64,000 bases of DNA from Macrostomum lignano. Its lineage: Eukaryota. The stretch lies in assembly GCA_002269645.1 (NCBI GenBank), contig NIVC01001246.1, positions 62,001-126,000 on the forward strand, written 5' to 3'. Under the pieces are notes generated by a model, which was given only the letters and a program-made list of their open reading frames with translations, ran no database searches and was not told the origin of the DNA. How positions within the stretch are numbered: position 1 is the first letter of the stretch; each line of letters begins with the position of its first letter. Shown here in pieces: positions 62,101-64,000 of the stretch. The translations under genes were made by a program, and so were the position numbers.

Positions 62101-63515
62101 TGCTAGCCGAAGGCTTGGCCGTCAGCGACGCTGAGGAAGGCGACGAAGATGTTGACGACATGCCTGGCGGCGAGCATCGACCAGCGGCAACTGTTCGCGG
62201 CGAACCGTCGCTGGAGCCGCGTCGAGTCTTCGACGGCTCTGCTGCTGCGGCGGCCGCGGCAGCGGCGGCGGCTGCCGACGAAGAATCCGACGGTGGAATC
62301 GGCGACACGGCTGCCGCTGCAGCGGACGACTCGAAGAAGGCGTCAACTGGACTGAACGCCGACGAGCGAGTCGGCATGGTGAAGAAGCTGCATCCCGCCT
62401 TTCTCAACTACTCATTCGATGCTGGTAAACATCGGAGCTGCGAGCTGACCGTGGCGCTCAAGGATATTGAAGGTCGGTTGGATTTGGCCAGTCTGGTTGG
62501 TCAGCTGGCCGAGAGCAGCGTGGTGCACAAAGCGCCGAAGGTTGGTGCAGATTGTTTTCTTCCACTACTTCCCTGATAATCTCCAGTCTCTTCTCTGATA
62601 ATCATCCCCAATTTCTTAGAATAGTCCTAGGAAGAGACCCTTTTAAGAGCCAATCTGACCCTAAACTACCCTTTTAAGAATCAATCTGACCCTAAACTAC
62701 CCTCTTGAGAATAGCCCTGACTCTCGATTCATATTCCTAAGAATCGCTCCATGAATCAACAACCCCATTAAAATCCCGAACTCTACAATGCACCTGTCCA
62801 GGTGGAACGAGCCAGCCTAGACAAGTCCAAACTGCCCTGGATACTCCGCGTCGAAGGCGTCAACCTGGATTTAGTTCGTCCGCACAGCGACTTGCTAGAT
62901 TTAAACTCCGCCTACACCAACAACATCCGGGTGATGCAGTCCGCCTACGGCATCGAAGCCGCCGCCAGTTGTATCGTTCGCGAAGTTCGCGACGTATTTA
63001 AGCACTACGGCATCGGGGTGGACCCGCGCCATCTCAGCCTGGTGTCGGACTACATGACCAACAGCGGCACCTATCTGGCGTTCAGTCGCCACGGCATGAT
63101 CGGCCAGCCGTCCGCTCTGCAGCGAATGTCGTTCGAGACTTCGTCAGTGGTGCTGAAAGACGCCGTGCTGGCCGCCGCTCGAGACGACATGCGGTCGCCG
63201 TCGGCTTGCATCATGGCTGGCAGGCCGCCCGTAGCCTGCGGCACCGGCTCGTTCGACCTGTTGCACCTGTTGCCGTTGAGCGCTAAAAAGTCCAAAGGCG
63301 CCGAGTCTGTCCGACTTGGCCCAGTCGAGGCCGTGTCGATGGGCCGGGCCGGTGACAAGTCGGCCGCTGACAAGTCGAAACAGATTTTATCGCCGAAGCA
63401 GCAACACCATCGGCATCGCCATGGTAATAAAATTGTTAGCAAGTCCAAACAAGAACCTATCGATCAGGTGGTGCTTGATCACGAAGATGAAGCTCTGCTG
63501 CTGAGCTCGGATTGA
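47736..63515 (+). CDS. POLR1A: DNA-directed RNA polymerase I largest subunit RPA1, 14 exons, ~1894 aa
   Basis: Exons 47736-47747 (less certain), 48438-48934, 49814-49943, 50328-51158, 51458-51590, 52647-53055, 53743-53935, 54037-54240, 54887-55396, 56702-57289, 60257-60746, 60957-61228, 61839-62540, 62802-63515; phases consistent. Motifs: [109 protein letters not shown] and [18 protein letters not shown] point to Pol I rather than Pol II or III. Confidence 0.95.
48108..48345 (+). mobile_element. tRNA-derived CORE-like SINE in POLR1A intron 1
   Basis: A-box tagcctatagtgg, B-box ggttcgattcc, same body as 28111. Confidence 0.85.
48983..49530 (+). repeat. 38-bp minisatellite (aagactttctaagaaacgcctctatccgttacaaaaat)n, POLR1A intron 2
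   Basis: About 14 copies, with a degenerate tail to ~49660. Confidence 0.95.
49965..50250 (+). repeat. (GACA/GATA/GGCA)-type microsatellite, POLR1A intron 3
   Basis: Direct reading. Confidence 0.9.
51168..51350 (+). repeat. (TATC/TGCC/TGTC)-type microsatellite, POLR1A intron 4
   Basis: tatctgcctatctatctgcc; complementary in type to intron 3. Confidence 0.9.
51690..52260 (-). repeat. Same 38-bp minisatellite as intron 2 in reverse orientation, POLR1A intron 5
   Basis: atttttgtaacggatagaggcgtttcttagaaagtctt (e.g. near 52188) is the exact reverse complement of the intron-2 unit; about 15 copies. Confidence 0.95.
53140..53430 (+). repeat. 20-bp minisatellite (tatggcgtaagctgggtgtc)n, POLR1A intron 6
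   Basis: Direct reading. Confidence 0.9.
53515..53710 (+). repeat. 22-bp minisatellite (tgtaatgcaacacctgactgtc)n, POLR1A intron 6
   Basis: About 9 copies. Confidence 0.9.
54272..54705 (+). repeat. 32-bp minisatellite (ctacccgatgctgtagtagattgttatccact)n, POLR1A intron 8
   Basis: About 13 copies. Confidence 0.9.
55445..56630 (+). repeat. ~14-bp composite minisatellite (ctgtgtctgtctga/ctgtgtctggttga)n, POLR1A intron 9
   Basis: Direct reading. Confidence 0.9.
57308..60100 (+). repeat. 22-bp minisatellite (gtgatcctaatggcgcttcttt)n, ~125 copies, POLR1A intron 10
   Basis: Direct reading; recurring variants attatcc, gctctt and ttaattttgat. Confidence 0.97.
61345..61760 (+). repeat. 26-bp minisatellite (gattacacttccggtccgctaatata)n, POLR1A intron 12
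   Basis: About 16 copies. Confidence 0.92.
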
Positions 63516-63537
63516 TAAATCAATGCCTTGAAACTAT

Positions 63538-63543
63538 AATAAA
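63538..63543 (+). terminator. Candidate POLR1A polyadenylation signal AATAAA
   Basis: 22 nt after the stop codon. Confidence 0.5.
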
Positions 63544-64000
63544 AATCCATCTTAATTGATAGTCGATTCAATAAGTGAAGCGAGTCCGGTCAATTAAAGT
63601 ACTTTTAATATAATATACTAGTAATCATTTTTAACCTGCATTTTATTGCGTTGCGTTCATCTATATTGTTGTTTACCATTTGTTTATGATTACTTATAAC
63701 AATTTCCCGAAAGAAATCATGTCTCTGGTTGTTAGGTTTCAAATTGGTTTTGTTGCTTGAAAGAAAATGGAAAAAACGTTGGTCAACCCTTTTTTTCCTC
63801 AAAGGCGCGTGCATTTTGGTGCGAAAAATCTTATCTAAGAGATTTCACTGCGTCTTCGATGGCAACATGTTGCTGTCTTTTTTGGATTAAAGTTTCCGTG
63901 TGTTTTTCTTTTATTTCTTTTCCTAGTTTAAAGGGCAAACTTCTTTACCTGAAGGTTCAGAGAGAAGGATAAGAGAAAAGATAAGAAGAGATAAATCGAG

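Noticed and set aside
63605-63972. Short ORFs at the window end
   Set aside because: No homology or splice support; likely 3' UTR or intergenic.

Overview
Eukaryotic (animal, invertebrate) genomic DNA with spliceosomal introns; no prokaryotic features and no CRISPR. The minisatellite-filled introns and splice acceptors just before start codons would fit a macrostomid-type flatworm, but that is inference only. Left half (1-32.4 kb): a tandem array of seven + strand genes encoding long coiled-coil proteins with no domain I can name. They share a 3-coding-exon layout with phase-2 introns. Four are close paralogues (the first 2316 bp recur apparently identically at 4551) and three are divergent relatives sharing shuffled coiled-coil modules. 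Interspersed are a Tc1/IS630-like transposase relic, hAT-type MITEs with 8-bp TSDs, a palindromic MITE at an exon/donor junction, tRNA-derived SINEs, and a 5'-truncated RNase H-bearing LINE with an intact ORF inside a (TAG)n microsatellite. Right half: conserved genes CCDC65/DRC2 (-), FBXL15 (+), SAP18 (+) and the 14-exon POLR1A/RPA1 (+), all reconstructed by hand with consistent splice phases. The most striking unexplained pattern is that minisatellite arrays in the introns or flanks of POLR1A and SAP18 occur as inverted, partly nested pairs that bracket exons; one pair has a 38-bp unit that is an exact reverse complement.
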